Assembly: GCF_006345805.1 (NCBI RefSeq) | Contig: NC_043000.1 | Coordinates: 80,600,001 to 80,664,000 of the forward strand | DNA: 64,000 nt | Reading direction: 5' to 3' | Origin: Octopus sinensis | Taxonomy: Eukaryota | Shown: piece by piece, positions 38,573-53,922 of the stretch | Layout: every line of letters starts with the position of its first letter | How positions within the stretch are numbered: the first letter of the stretch is position 1 | Position numbers and translations under genes: made by a program | Notes under the pieces: model-generated | What the model saw: only the letters and a program-made list of their open reading frames with translations | Database searches by the model: none | Told to the model about the DNA's origin: nothing

Positions 38573-39295
38573 CATGATTGAAACAGTGGACCACCTAATC
38601 TCTGGATGTAAAGTCTTAGCACCAGTGGAATAAATTAAGACATGACAGAGTTGGCCAATATCTCCACTGGCTAATAAGTCAGCATTACAATATCAAAACT
38701 GCCGACAAGTGGTATAATCACCACCCTGAGGCTGTAACTGAAGGAGAAAATGTAACCATTCTGTGGGACTTTCCAGTACATACAGACCGAACCATCAAGG
38801 CCAATAAACCAGATATTGTTGTGAAAGACCAAAACATAAAGTTTGCTTATTGATCGACATGAGCATCCCCTGTGATCATAATATCTCAGCGAAAGAGTTT
38901 GACAAGCTCAGAAAATATAAAGACCTACTCATTGAAATTGAGAAAATGTGGCATCTCAAGGCGGTTACAATACCAGTGATCGTAGGAGCACTAGGAATGA
39001 TCAAGAAGGGAACCGAAAATTATATGAGAATGATCCCTGCTTACCATCCCTGCAAGAAGTGCAAAAGATTGTTTTAACTGGTACATCACACGTATTGAGA
39101 AGAGCATTGTCGATGTGAGAACTGTTGCTGCTCATGCATTTTAATTTACTTTAAAAAAAAAAAAAAAAAAAAAAAAATGAACGAACTACTGAGTTTGGTT
39201 AATGGCCTACCAATATACACTGAGTTTCTTTGCCCTAGGAGTCGGGAAGACACTCGGCAAGAAATGGAAGAAAATTTGAAAGAAGAAAAAAAAAA
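38572..39295 (+). mobile_element. Third RLE LINE (different subfamily), 5'-truncated
   Basis: ETVDHLISGC, RHDRVG, WDFPVHTDRTIKANKPDIV, IPVIVGALG; followed by (AAT)n at ~39299-39343. Confidence 0.88.
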
Positions 39296-39297
39296 AA

Positions 39298-39345
<48 letters not shown>

Positions 39346-40121
39346 TTTTGACACAAGGCCAGCAATTACAAGGAATGGGGTAAGTTGATTACATAGACCC
39401 TAGTACTCAACTGGTACTTATTTCTTGACCTTGAAAGGATGGAAGGCAAAGTTGACTTCAGTAATATTTGAACTCAGTGTAAATACAAACAAAATGCCAC
39501 TGTAACAATTTGATCTGATACCAGAATAAAGTAGTTAATGATGTTATGACCCTGCTAATTATATTGGGACTATGGAAACTGTGACAAAGTGTTTGAGAAT
39601 AAATCTTGGATGTAGTGCAGAAAACCTGTTTACTCAGTTCAGCAAGATTTATTCAGAAAATCCTCATGACAAAGTGAGAACTGAAATGAAGATATAAATT
39701 CCTCCTCTTCTCAGACCATAAATTGTTCCATAGGAAACATAATTAAGCTGAACATATACTGATACCATACAGCCACAGAACAATAAAACGATTATAATCA
39801 TTTCATTATTTACTATAAAGGCAAAGGATAAAAGGGACATTATGAGACAAAATTGCTAAAACCATGAGTGGGAGCAGTACATAGAATTGATTAAGAAAAC
39901 AAAAAAGAACTTTTCTAAAAATAACAGTTTAATAAAAGAGAATTAACATCCCAACCTGGGCATCACCACTTAGAGGCCAATTTAGGAAGTCCTTACCACA
40001 AATCCAGTATCACCCTGATAAACAAGGTTGTCCTTTTAGCTGCTTTGTTTTTCAGCCTAAAGAAGATGTCTGTCATCACTAATTGCAGACAATAAAGCTG
40101 CTTTTGTCTTAGGCCCTAGAG

Positions 40122-40352
40122 CACTGGTTCTCAAACCATTTTCTTATCTATGGACCCCTTTGATTCCTATTTTATTCAAGCAGACCCCCATAGCCATTTG
40201 ATATTTAAAAAATCCAATCATATTTTTGTAATTAGATATAAGAAATAGTATAAAAATGTTAAAATATTTTATCTATTGCTGAAGTATAAGCAACTTATTG
40301 TACATTTATATGGACCTTCAAGGACCATGTCGACCCCTGTTAAGAACCACTG
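40122..40352. mobile_element. hAT (Charlie-like) MITE, 231 bp
   Basis: Terminal repeats cactggttctcaaac / gttaagaaccactg; 8-bp target duplication ccctagag / ctctagag (1 mismatch). Confidence 0.8.
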
Positions 40353-40949
40353 CTCTAGAGGATCATACATTTGTAACTGGGTTAAAGTTGATTATAGTGT
40401 TCTCAGTACATGAGTTATACATATTTCATTGACCCCCAGGAAAATGAAACGTAAAGCTGACACAAGTGGACTTGAACTTAAAACTGAATAGCAGCAGGTA
40501 TTTTGGTTTTGCCATTCACTGTTCTTCATTGATATAAGAATGTCTAACTGCTGTACAGAAACATATATTTTGGTGCCAGGTAGAGTTGCAGGAATTAACC
40601 CAATATGGAACCACACTTATTTCATAATTTCCCAAAAGGATGAAATTGAAAATGTCTTTAGTATTCAGATTAATCTATCAACTGTGATGCTTATTCAATC
40701 ACACTGTTCTTAATTAATCATGCATTATCTCATAGCTTTGAAATTTTGATGATGTGATTGCTTACTTTTAGAACGATATGTAGGTTAGGTGTGAGAAGCT
40801 GGATCTGGCTGATTTGAACATAAAACAGGTAGAATATCTGAGCCAGATGTGGCCAGTTTAAATGCTAAAGGGTTAAACAGGAATTGAACTCAGAACATTT
40901 ATGAATGAAACATTTTGCAAGAATTTAAAGGAATCTACGTTATGCTTAA

Positions 40950-42100
40950 TTGTTTCTTTTAATAATCATTTACAATTTAGGTACAAAGCAGTAGATTTGA
41001 GGAGAGGGGCTTAGCCTAGTACATGACTGGTATTTTATTTTATCAATCACAAATGGTTAAAAGGCAAAGTTGACCTTGACTGTATTTGAATTGGAGTATA
41101 AAGAGCAAGAAGAAATCCTGTAAGGGATATTTTTCCAATGTTCTAATGATTCTACCAGCTTGTTGCTCTAGTTTCTACTAAATATTGGTTTCAAATTTTG
41201 GCATAAGACCAGCAACTTCGAAGGGGTGGAGATAAGTCAATTACATTGATCCCAGTACTCGACTGGTACTTATTTTATTGACCCCAAATAGGATGAAAGG
41301 TAAAGTTGGCCTCAGTGGAATTTGAACTCAAAATGTAAAGACAAATGAAATGCTGCTATGCATTTTGCCAGCTCGGCACCTTAGCTCCTACTAAATGTTG
41401 ATGATCATAACATTAGTATGAGGCCAAATATTTGAGGGAAGATTCAGTCAATCCCAACGACACCAGTTAATGACAATGACTGGTAATTTATTCTATCAAG
41501 CCTTGGAAGGATAAAAAGCAAAGTTGACTGTGAGGGGATTTGAACTCAGAACAATACACATTAGTTCCGATTAGAAAACTTTTTTCAAAAACAGTCACAT
41601 AGCAAAATTGATAAAGAGCTAATAATTGTTTCTGATTTAGGCCAACAGTTTGCAAGGAGGAGTTACCTGATTACATCAATCCTAGTACTTGACTGCTACT
41701 TTATTATATCAACCTGAGATTTGGCAGGATTTGATATCAGAATGCAAAAAACTACAAGAAATACCAGAAGGCATTCTTTGCCAATGCTCTTATGATCTTG
41801 CCAGCTTACCACCTTTCTTAACTTTAACTTTTGTTTTTCATTCAGAGGGTATCTCAGAGTAACACTTTCTTTAATATATTCTTATTTTCTTCACTAACCT
41901 ATGGATAATAATGGTTTCAAATTTTGGCACAAGGCTAGCAATTCCAAGGGAGGGGTTAAGTTGATTACTTACTTTATTGGCCCCAAAAGGATAAAAGACA
42001 CAGTCGACCACAGCAGAGTTTGAAGGCAAAACTTAAAAACGAACGAAGTGTTGCTAAGCATTTTGCCCAGTGGGCTAATGTTCCTACCAGCTCAGTAAAT
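40950..42100 (-). mobile_element. Cluster of ~5 co-oriented family B SINEs
   Basis: The motif ctggta.tt.....aaaggcaaagttgac...atttgaactca recurs at ~41.0, 41.25, 41.5, 41.7 and 42.0 kb. Confidence 0.7.
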
Positions 42101-43449
42101 TATAAACTTATGTATAATACTGAACATATGTTTAATGAATCTTTCATCATTACTTCAACAAATATGGTGAAGTTTAATTCATTGAGGTCTAACATTAAAT
42201 GTTGTTTCCCTTATTTCCCTTGAATAATTAAACAATATAAGTCATTAATTAATGTTGCATATTCTTTACCACATAATTATTTCTGATTAACATTCTAAAT
42301 CTCTTACATTAAATATGTTAACACTAACTTAAGTATTGTTTTTCTTGTGGTAGTGTCTGTAAGTAATTTATTCTCTAAAATATCTAATCTGTATATCTTT
42401 CACTATTTTATTCCACCTCTCTAAGATCCTAATCCAAATCCATTCTATACAGGCCTTGATTTCTATCCACCTACCTCTGATAAAATGACCAAATTTTAAC
42501 TATAGACATAAAATATTGCCTGGATAAGACACCTGCATAAAATCATGAAAATTTCCTGCGGGTCATTGTTCCTAAGAGTGGGATAATTATATAAGCTGGA
42601 GTAGGGTTGTCTGGTATGGAGGCTCCCCTCCTCAATAAGAGAGCTAAATTGAAGAAAGCATATCACTGGAATATTCTCTGAAAACCCACCTAAGTTAACC
42701 ATGTGTTCACAACTACCTCAAAGACAAAAAATAGCCAGGTTGATTTTGCCAATAATTTAAGAACACCATAAAGTGAAATATAAAAAAAGCTGGATATCTA
42801 CAGCTATCACCAAATTATGAATTGCATAAAACAGCAATTCAAAGAATGATACACAAGAGTCAAAACTGGAACTAAGTACTCTTTTGTACAAGAAGCAAAG
42901 TTTAACCTTATTTTAGAAAGGACTTTCTGTGAAAAGACTTCCTGTCTGCATCATACGTATATTTTGTTAAGTAAATTTCTCTAGGCATTTTTTCTTCAAA
43001 GTGGAGAGGGGTTTAAGATTTGGATGCCCACAAATCAATATCTTGTAAATATACATGAAAACACTTGCATGTAATCAGTTTATGTCTTTAACCTCCCTTG
43101 GCAAGTACAAAGAAAATAACAATTGATAAAAATCAACAAGTAGATAAAAAAGAAATGCATTCACAATGTATGCCCTGATTATTATATTGCATCAATAAAT
43201 TTCATCCAATTCACACAAGTATAATAACTTTTATGATTTTTTTCTTTTATATACAGGGCTAAGTACATTTCATCAAAATCTCTAGTTTTTGACCGGATCG
43301 AGAAGTTTGTGAAAACTCTACAGGACTTGAATAGCTTAAACAGAATCACAGATGGAATAAAGACAAAAATTCAGGGTGCATGCAAAAAGAGAAACCTACA
43401 TATTCTACATATAATTTCACTAGAGATGCATCCATGTTCATGTTTCTTG

Positions 43450-43561
<112 letters not shown>

Positions 43562-45177
43562 TGTTTGTATGTAGGTACGTACACACACACCTCTAACTTT
43601 CCTTAGTAGGTGATGATTGTGTAATCAGTATAAGAGTGTTACTGCCTTTTGTACATGTTAACATTAACACAACTTTTAAAACTGGAGATCTGTCAAAACA
43701 AGCAGAAAATTTAGAAAACAATTTATTTATCTTTCAATAAGTCATTCAATTTTAGCCAAGTTTGTGCCAAAACTGCTTTCAGCTGACCAAAACGACACTC
43801 GGGTTTCAGTTGCACAAGATCTCTTTGATTGTGACAAGAACGATGAAAACGTTTTTAAAATTTTGCATAGGCCACTGAGCATGTATCACCAAGGTTTTAG
43901 CAAATTTTGATGCAGATTCTCAGCTCAAATTTCTCTGTCATGACAGAGAAATTTGAGCAGTAAAACAATCATATGCTATACACGTTTCTTCCAAACAGTG
44001 CTGTAAACAGTGGAAGTGAGCTAGAATGTTAAAACAGCACGCATGCACAGCAGAATTCAAGGTCAATCTATGCCAAGTGGCTTCAATCTGTGTGCTTTAT
44101 CTTTGTTACTATGGCAGCAGTCCGGATACTTATTGATCATACTATGTGTATGTGTTTGTATGTGTATGTATATATATTTCTGTGAGAGTTAGAGGTTGGG
44201 AAACCAACCAGCTAAGGGATAATGCCTATCCAATATACTGCTGGTAGTGTACCCAATTATTCATACCCAAATACTAGTTATTGCATGGCAATCTCACAAT
44301 TGTGTCATATATGGGCAGGGGTAAAAAGTGGTTTACCCTTGATTTATACGGCAAATAAGAAAATGGATAGGATACAAAATGACATATATCATCCAGTAGA
44401 CATTCCAGTGTATCTATTTATTCCAAAGCATTAGAAAGTATTAGAAGAAAACATACATATGTAGTAACTATGCTTTACATGTAGTAACTATGCGTTACAC
44501 ACACATGTATTAATATTACAGAAAAGAGCAAAAAGACAGTTCCTTGCAGCTGTTTCTGCCAAGAGGCAACGAAATCCTCCATGCCACCACCATCTCTTCA
44601 GAATAACAGCAATTAAATAACGACAGTGGAGTGCACAACAAACATCAGCGATCTGACTGTCACCTGTACTCTTGACAAGAGATGCCAGTTAGTCTTTTAC
44701 ACCTACCAGGCTAGTTCGTACTAGCCCAGTTGCTGGATAATTTTTCATTCCTGTAAGAATATTGTAGAACGGAAACTTTTCATAGATTGGAATTTAAATC
44801 CTAATCTCTACAGAAATTTATTGCTTCAAGGAAATATTGAATTTGAATTACTTTTAATTTTTACGATTATAGAAGACAACTAGAGCTGTAAATTCTGAGC
44901 CCAAGTCAGGTGTATGTGAACGATGCCAAGGGAACGTCTGCTACAACAAATATTTTTTGACACAAGGCACCTCTAAGATGACTGCCAGATGCTTAATGAA
45001 AATAAATGAACCATGACCATGCTCAATAAAAGGCACCCAAGTTATTGGCTGAAATTATATAAAGTCAATGTGGGCAGAAATTAAATTAGCTAGCAAATAC
45101 ACATTCACTGTACTAAATTTATACTTGGCCTAAGCCCGAACAGCCTGAGTGAAGGAGTCACCACTGACATATATATA

Positions 45178-45226
<49 letters not shown>

Positions 45227-45840
45227 GCTTCTTTCAGTTTTCATCTGCTAAATCTGTCCACAAGGCTTTGGTCAGATTGAAGCTATAGTAGAAGACACTT
45301 ACCCATGGTGCCATGCAGTGGGACTGAACTGAGAACCATGTGGTTGGGAAGCAAGCTTCTTACCACACAGCCACACCTACACCAATGGTATTTTTCAAAA
45401 TATTTAGTTTTGTCTTTAGTATGTGAGTGTATGTAAGGTGGCAAAGTGGCAGAATTGTTAACATATCAGAAAAAATGACATTTTATCTGTCTTTACATTC
45501 TAAGTCCAAATGCCATCGTGGTCACTTTTGCCTTTCATACTTTTGGGGTCAATAAAATAAGAACCAGTTGAGCACTGGGGGGTCGATGTAATCGACTTAT
45601 ATTCTTCCCTAAAATTTGAAACCAATATATGTGTATGAGAGTGGTTGTGTATGTATTTTTGTGTTATATGCATGTATGACAGTTTTTAGATCAGGCACAC
45701 TCTTTTCTGTACAGTCAGAAGGGGTAATGTTAAAAAGGTGGCATTAGGAAGACTTTCTCAAAAGTCCTATTCAACCATGAGAGCATAGCAGAGTAGGTAA
45801 AGGATGATGATGATGATGATGCTGACAATGACAACCTCGT

Positions 45841-45883
<43 letters not shown>

Positions 45884-46959
45884 AATGGTGATGGTGGTGG
45901 TGGTGGTGGTGGTGATGATGATGAGAACAACAATGACGATAATGATGATGACAATGATAATCATGATATATTAATTCAAAGAAGTTACTGCTCTCAGCAA
46001 CACAGATCAAGGATACCACCAGTTGTTGTCACTAAGGGTTTGATGTCTGATATTTGGTACTTTTGAAACTCTGAGTAACCTAATATTTGAATAGGACTTT
46101 ATAAATACATACACATACAAGCACACACACACAGACACACAAACATACGTGTATGCACACATACTCACACACACACATACACACACACACATTAATTTAT
46201 GAATATCTAAGTTCATAGATTCACAAATCAATTTCTATCATTTTAGTTTCCTGAGAATTTCATGAAAATAAATCTGAATATGTTATAAATATGATTAAAC
46301 AAATTTACAACCCACAAGCGTTATTCACTTTTTGAGGTCAACATGATTGAATTATCCTCCTCATCATCATCATTATCACTATCATTGTCATCATCATCAT
46401 CATAATAATCATCACTGTCGTCGTCATCATCATCATCATCATCGTCATTGTCGTCATCATCGTCATCATTGTCATCATCATCACAATCATTGTCATACTT
46501 ATCCTTTTAATATCTGCTTTCCATGCTGGCATGTGTTGGTTTGAGTTGTCACAGTCTGAGTCAGTTTCTTTTTAGAGTTACTACCCTCCTAGAGGGGTTA
46601 GGCACCTCATCTTTTTTGTAAATCTTATTTTTGTGAAGATTAAGATGGCAGAACACCTTTCTAAATGCCAAACACTTTACCAGATATATTGAGTGCCTTT
46701 TCGTTTATAGCATCAGCACTAGATGCAATGCCATGTCCTCAGTAAGATTAAAGAAACCTCTCAACTCCATGGTTTTTCCATATAGTTACCAACTACTTTA
46801 TAAAGTATTCTGGGTACATTCTACTGTTGTTCCAGCAATATCAGGTGCAGCACATATTCATTTTATTAAAAGTTTTAGGTTTTCCTCAATGGAAGTTAAA
46901 TCAAATAAGTATTGGGTTACTTCATTCGACTAAAAGTTCCGAACAAGTAAAAGAGAAAA

Positions 46960-47950
46960 AAGGTTTATTGTTATATCTATTGACAATATTTTACATATAT
47001 TTACAATTCAAAATGGCTACCCTTTGCTTTTTGCATAGTCCTTAATATGCTAAAAGTGCCTGACATCTTCCACCTCTTCATTTAGATTGCACCACATCTT
47101 AAGAGCTACTTTCTGATCTGGCATGCTGGAGTATGAGATGTGTGAAACATCGATCTCCAATATAGGCCATCTTGCAAAACCCATAGGATTAGTATCAGGG
47201 CTTGATGGAAGCCAAATAAACTTATAAAAAATACATGAAAATGTCTCTTGGACCAGTTCTGCTTTAGAATAGTTGTGCAGCAGGAGCTCCATCTTGAATG
47301 AAGACATCATGACTTCCAAAATATGGCTGGTGCCCAAGGCAACATATCTCTCTACAACATTTACTGGTAAATTCTGCTATTCATTTTAAACTTCTTCATT
47401 GTATCCCAAGGACGATTTTAAACCATCAGTAGCAACAGTAACCCAAACTTAATTGACACCAGTTGGTTTCTGTCACTGGAAATGTGGGGGATGTTTTCTG
47501 GTGAAGCAGTATAAATTCTATTGCTTTAGTTGTTGACTAAGTCTCCACTAAGAAGAACTTTTCAACTGACCAAATGAAGACATGTCTGCGGCACAATATA
47601 TTGCCTTCAACATGTTTTCTTCCCTCTATAAAGCCATTTTTGCTTGGAGGTACTTGAGAGTAACTGTCATCATTGAATCTTTTATGGTTTAGCCCTAAAT
47701 CTTCTTTCACAATGATTCTTGTAAGATAAAGCCCTAAATTCTCTTTCATAATCCTCATTAATGATTCATCTGGTATATTCAGCTCTTTTACTATGTTCCT
47801 TGTGCTCCTTTGTGGATTTCTCTTCACTCTTTTATTGTCAGGTACAATGATTCTCCTGGCATGAACTGAACAGTTTCTTCTTGGTATTGAATTTAGTGAG
47901 GTTGTTTGCACCTTTTGAAACTTTTCTACATATTAAAAACAGTTTTTCTG
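46960..47950 (-). mobile_element. maT/Bmmar1-like Tc1-mariner remnant
   Basis: KRVKRNPQRSTRNIVKELNI...RIMKENLG and WLPSSPD.NPM...W.ILE. Confidence 0.7.
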
Positions 47951-48702
47951 CACCTCGAAGTTCTTTATAACTGCCATTTTCAGTGCAACAATTTGTTCGC
48001 ATATTGTTTGCACCATTATATTCAATTAAGGATAAACAATAAAACAAAAGACTTAAGAAGTGTTGTACAACTTTTACAACTATTTTCTCAAATAAATTTT
48101 ATTCTATTTATGTTTGAATAATGGGTAAATGTATATGTTGTATTTGGCACTGAGATTGTCTTTTTCTCTTCAGGACTGAAGAGTCATTGCTTGCTTAAAT
48201 CAGAGTGACTGACAGGGTGAATAAAAAAGAGAAAGGGGAATGGTGTGCTAGGGTGAGAGAGTATGATGAGTGAAACAAGGATAAGAGTAAAAGGGTTGTA
48301 GAGGCAGGAGAGTAATGGAAGAGACACAGTGTTGGCATCTACATATTGTTTATTAGTTTGGAAACAGAGAAATGCAGCATGATACAGAAGAGAAAGAGAG
48401 AAGATGATGGATGAGGGTGTAATGAAAGTGAGGACAAGTGATAAGAGAGAGAGAGGTATGTTAACCACATGTGATATGCAAAGTAGTGTGTGTGTGTGAA
48501 TGTGAGTGTGTGTGTGCATGAGAGAGAGAGAGAGAGAGCGAAAGAAAGATAGAGATAGAAATGGATAGTTGTAAAGATGTTTAAACCTATAAATCTATGT
48601 ATTTCCAAATTAATAAATTTATCTCTACTTGTTGAAGTATTGAGTACGTAGTTTGTTGCTACAAAGAATCATATCTTATAAATGTGTGTGTTTGTATATG
48701 TA

Positions 48703-48743
<41 letters not shown>

Positions 48744-49050
48744 ATGTGCATGTATATGTATATATTTCTATAAATGTGTGTGTATTGAAAGAAAGAGAAT
48801 GAAATATGGACATAAATATAAGTTTATATACCTATATATAGCATTCTTATCATGGAGCAAGAAGCAACTATTCACAGCAGACTTTTGCTAATGCTTACCA
48901 ATTATATACCATTAATGAATAAAGACAGAAATTCATATTCTCATATTCTAGGCCAATTTTATTCCCAGTCAGCTGGATTTTGGCATTGATTTACATTCAG
49001 ATGATATGACATTTGAATACATATTTAATTTATTATGGTCTCAAAGAAAT

Positions 49051-49102
<52 letters not shown>

Positions 49103-49129
49103 TACTACTACTGTTTCTGTGCAAGTTTG

Positions 49130-49640
49130 GAATATTCACTTCCTATGTGTGTCACTGTTTCTTCTTGTTCATCTTGCAAAGTACACAACGGTAATACATT
49201 GACTCCTGTTCCACATTGTGCACTGTCTGTTCAGAGGGTTTGCCTTATTTGTGTAGAATTCCTTTCTTCAACCAATTCCAAGTGTCTTCACCTCTTTTTG
49301 CCCCAATATTCTTCATAATCTGATGGTATAAATGCTTCTCCATGTAACTTTGCTTCCTCTTATTATTTATCTATTTATTTATCATCATCATCATCATCAT
49401 CATCCATACATTTATTCACTTAACTTCTGATTTATCTATGTTACGTCTCATCACCATCCCACAGCTTTGAGACACAACACATTTCTCAACTCATGAGTTA
49501 TTCCAAGTATTGCTGCCAACTGAATACTTCCTATGAAGTTTTGGTATTTGCAGCTTTTGATGCCTGAATATTACTCTCTTTGAGATGGTCCCAAATGCAC
49601 CAACCACAATAGGTACCACATTCACTTTTGAGGCTCTACG
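49130..49640 (-). mobile_element. Highly decayed RLE LINE fragments
   Basis: Minus-strand W.WLKKG.L and ..RCVLC.. fragments. Confidence 0.4.
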
Positions 49641-51561
49641 GATTCATTTATTATTATTATCATAATAACAGAAATTATCATCATCATCATCATCATCACA
49701 ATCATCATCAGCATCTTCATCATAATCATTATTAATTGACTGCAGTACTAGTTCTGGCTCTTTACATTCTGATTTCAAGTCTCACTACGGTCAACTTCAG
49801 TTTTCCTCCTTCTGGGCTGAATAAAATAAAGTATCTGTTTTGTACTGGAATCTATTTAATCAACTAACTCCTACTCCTAAGCTTGCAGCCTTATGATTAT
49901 TTTAGAAACTCTCCTCCTCCAGTAAACTTCAATTTTTATCACTTTTCATTTTGAACTCGACAATGATAGGCTTGCTGTGGAAATATTGTTCAACCAATAA
50001 AATATCTATTGCAATCACATCATGCTCTTTGTCTTGTCTGTTTACCTTTGTGAAGAGTTACATCAATCCTTTTAAAATATCATTATTATTATTATTATTA
50101 TTAATGATAGTGGTGGTGGTGGTGGTGGTGGTGGTAGTAGTAGGAGTAGGAGTAGCTGTCCTTGTCTATATGCATTCAGGCATGTGTACCAGCATGTTTG
50201 TTCTTGTTTTACTCCAGATTTGAACCATCAAACGTATCATTGGAGATATTCTAACAATGTTTCATGACAACACAGAGGCTTCCTCACTAGTTTGAATATA
50301 TTTGTACTTGTGAGCAGTACAAATGTGACACAAGCATGCATGCACTCACACACACACATGCATATGGACATATATGCATACATGCATTTAGTTTATGTTA
50401 TGTGTAACAATGTATAATATGTTTAAGATGAATTATGATTATTTCAATGTTTCAACTCTAATGTTTGGAATGTGTGTGATTTGCACACTAGGTTTAAACA
50501 TTTGGCTTGTATCTTCCCAGTGTTTGTATTTATCTAATGGAATTAGTGATTGGCAACATCATGATGGTATCTGTTGTGCAGCTAATAAGGAAAATTACCT
50601 GATCACATTAAATGTGATTTTATTCTGTGCTATGTTTCTGCTTGTTTTTAATGTTTTGCTCGCATGTTTTCATCTTTGTATTTTGTTTTGCTTTCAAATG
50701 CTACAGGAGGATTATATGAGTTTCTAGATCATTTCTGATCTTAGGTGAAGTTAGTTATCAAAATATGATGCATCCTCTTTAACCTGCTTGATTCTTGCAT
50801 TCATTTATTTCTATTGCATGAATGTGTTCCTGTGAACTTGCCCAATTTGGTATGTATATATTTAGGAGACTTCTGAGTCAATTAGCATATTAGTTTTTAT
50901 AAAATTCTCAGGAATTCTGTTCAACATCTATTACAGAAGAAATCTTATGCTATTTATGCCTAGTCTTATACACACACACACACACACACATGCATGCACG
51001 CGCACTTGTACACACCTACACACTCTCTGTAGAATTTAACTTGCATTTTCAAGGCAACATCATTACAGTTGATGCAGTAATAAAATGAACTCCATGCCTT
51101 TTGAAAGCACCCACTACACTCTTGGAGTGGCTGACATTAGGAAGGGCATCCAGCTGTAGAAACTTTGTCAGATTAGATTGGAGCCTTGTGCAGCCACTGG
51201 CTCTCCAGACATCAGTCAAACCCTCCAACCCATGCCAGCATGGAAAACGGACGTTAAACGATGATGATGATGTCGAGTAAAGAAGGTCTTCTAATCTTAC
51301 CCTGTCAAAGGATTAACAAGCGCGCTACTCCTAGTGCCTCAATAAAATGTCCCCAATGTACTCTGTGAGGTGGATGGTTTTTAGGGAAAGCATCCTCCAG
51401 AAACTGCACTAAAAAATAGAACATGCAAACGAAATGTGGTTTAGTAGCTTGGCTGTGAGAGCATTAACTTCGAATAAGAATTGAGTTGGACCTGGTACCA
51501 ATCGAATCCAATTCAGGTCAGTGTAGAAACAGACAATAAAAACATTATAATGATGAAGATA

Positions 51562-51593
<32 letters not shown>

Positions 51594-52377
51594 GATGATG
51601 ATGATGATGCTGATACTGGTGACCATGGTGACCACGTTGGTGATGACGATGACAATTATGACAACAATGGTGATGATGATGTTGCTGACGCTTATGAATA
51701 TGTTTTCTGCATGTGAGTGTGTGTTGTGTATACAACTGGCTTCTGCACAATTTCCATCAACCAAATCCTAAAAACAAAGTACAATACCATATACTAGGAT
51801 TGATATCAGAACTACATGGATGCAAAGCAAACTTCTTAACCACACAGCTATGTTGATACCAGCTATGTGTTTCATGAAAAATTGTGTGCATGCACACATT
51901 TTTGTAAATATAGAATGCATGCACACATGCAGCTACACAGAGAGATATACCCAGTAAAGTATATATATATATATGTATAAACAAAAAAAGAGGGATGAAA
52001 ATGGAAAAAGGAGACATACTGTTATACATATACATCATATAATCAAAGGACATGCTAAGTATGTCTACCTGCTGGAAATAACAGTCAAAACTCTTAATTA
52101 AATCACCAAAATACACTGATAATAACTACAGAAATCAAGCATCTGAATTATTTGCTTCACATTGAAATATATATATATATTTATATATATGTGTGAAGTA
52201 TTATTACTGTTATAGCTTTAATTTCTAGCAAGCAGTATTTTTACCCTCAGAACTCAAGGAGAAGTTTCAGGTATGGAAACATGGATTAAAACCAAAGGGC
52301 CTTTAGGTCTACCTTTGTATTAACAATGCTTGTATAGAACTCAGCTATTTTTACTTTCTTTATTTACACCTGCACTG

Positions 52378-53050
52378 GTATGGTCATGTGGCGAGAATGG
52401 ATGAGGATAGCTGTGTGAAAAAGTACCACACCCTAGCATTTGAGGGAAACTGTGAAAGAGGTATACCCAGGAAGACCTGGGATGAAGTGGTGAAGCACGA
52501 CCTTCGAACTTTGAGACTCACCGAGGAAATGACTAGTGACTGAGACTTTTGGAAATATCCTGTGCTTGAGAAGACCCGGCAAGCCAAATGCGACCATAAC
52601 CTCATGGCCTATGCCAGGGGTGTAACCAGCCCACTTATGCATACCTTTCCTTCTTTGGACGCTAAACTCAGCTTGCAAAGACCTGTTGAGGCAACTGAAA
52701 TAGAAATCGAAATCAAATTCGATGACTGGCATCCATGCTAGTGGGGCACAAAGAGCACCATCCGAGTGTGATCATTGACAGAGCGGCTAACTGGCTTCCG
52801 TGCCAGTGGCACATGAAAAAACATTCAAGCGAGGTTGCTGCTAGTACCACCTGACTGGCCCCATGCCGGTGGCACATAAAAGCATCCACTACACTCTCAG
52901 AGTGGTTGGCATTAGGAAGGGCATCCAGCTGCAGAAAGTCTACCAGATCAGGATTGGACCCTGGTGCAGCCATCTGGTTCACCAGTCCTCAGTCAAATCG
53001 TCCAACCCATGCTAGCATGGAAAGCAGACATTAAATGATCATGATGATGA
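52378..53050 (+). mobile_element. RTE LINE 3' end with a complete 3' UTR and (GAT)n tail
   Basis: WYGHVARMDE...RKTWDEVVKHDL, then the ~450-bp UTR shared with other copies. Confidence 0.85.
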
Positions 53051-53172
53051 TACATAGAGAGAGTGAGAGAGATACACATACATGTGTGTATATATGTATA
53101 TATATATATATATATAAACATTTATATATATGTGTATATATGTGTGTGTATGCGTGCGCACATGTGTGTGTA

Positions 53173-53210
<38 letters not shown>

Positions 53211-53606
53211 TGCATGTGTGTGTGTGTGTGCGTGCGTGTGTGTGCACATGTATTTGGCTGACATGATTTGCTATAACTTTGAGTTTGATCTTGATATGAT
53301 TGGTAAGGTAGATGACTACCTGGTGTTCTATAATGAAATATTTCTTTTCTCCCTTTCATAAATAAAATTCTCCATTACAGATTAGTGATCATATCAAAAT
53401 GAAACTTGAAGTTACAACCAATGTCATCAAGGGTATAAATATCCTTATACTCTATAAGATGTATTGAGTGCTTCTCTCTTCTTCATTATGCACAATGTAT
53501 AAGGTTTGAAAACTGAATAAAGTTGTTCATTCTTTTCAATCTGTGGAGAAATGGCTAAAAAAAAATGCTCTGTTTATAATTATACCATGTGTTACATATA
53601 TATACA

Positions 53607-53666
<60 letters not shown>

Positions 53667-53769
53667 CATATATATATATAGATTGTCCATACACATAAAT
53701 CTGAAAAAAGAAGCACACTCTAAGTTATAGAGCAGTATATAATAAAGTTCGATAAGGCTAGTTTAAAGG

Positions 53770-53922
53770 GCCCTACATTAATGGGACCAATTGCTGTAAA
53801 TTATGCATAGCAGAATAGGCAAGGATCCTAAAGGACTCCCTTGACCCAGAAACATCCTGAACTCCAGAATAGAGGTCTTTGGACCATGCTTACATTTCAG
53901 AAAATTCCTGCTAACCTGTTAG
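53770..53922 (+). pseudogene. Penelope-like element GIY-YIG endonuclease C-terminal remnant
   Basis: GTNCCKLCIAE*ARIL...(frameshift)LNSRIEVFGPCLHFRKFLL, resembling the C.LC..EK..I...LN.R.E...C.H..KF.L tail of Penelope ORFs. Confidence 0.6.

Noticed and set aside
44530-44610. Minus-strand CTGAAGA...GAAAC...GTC
   Set aside because: Stem I cannot pair and stem II is not closed.
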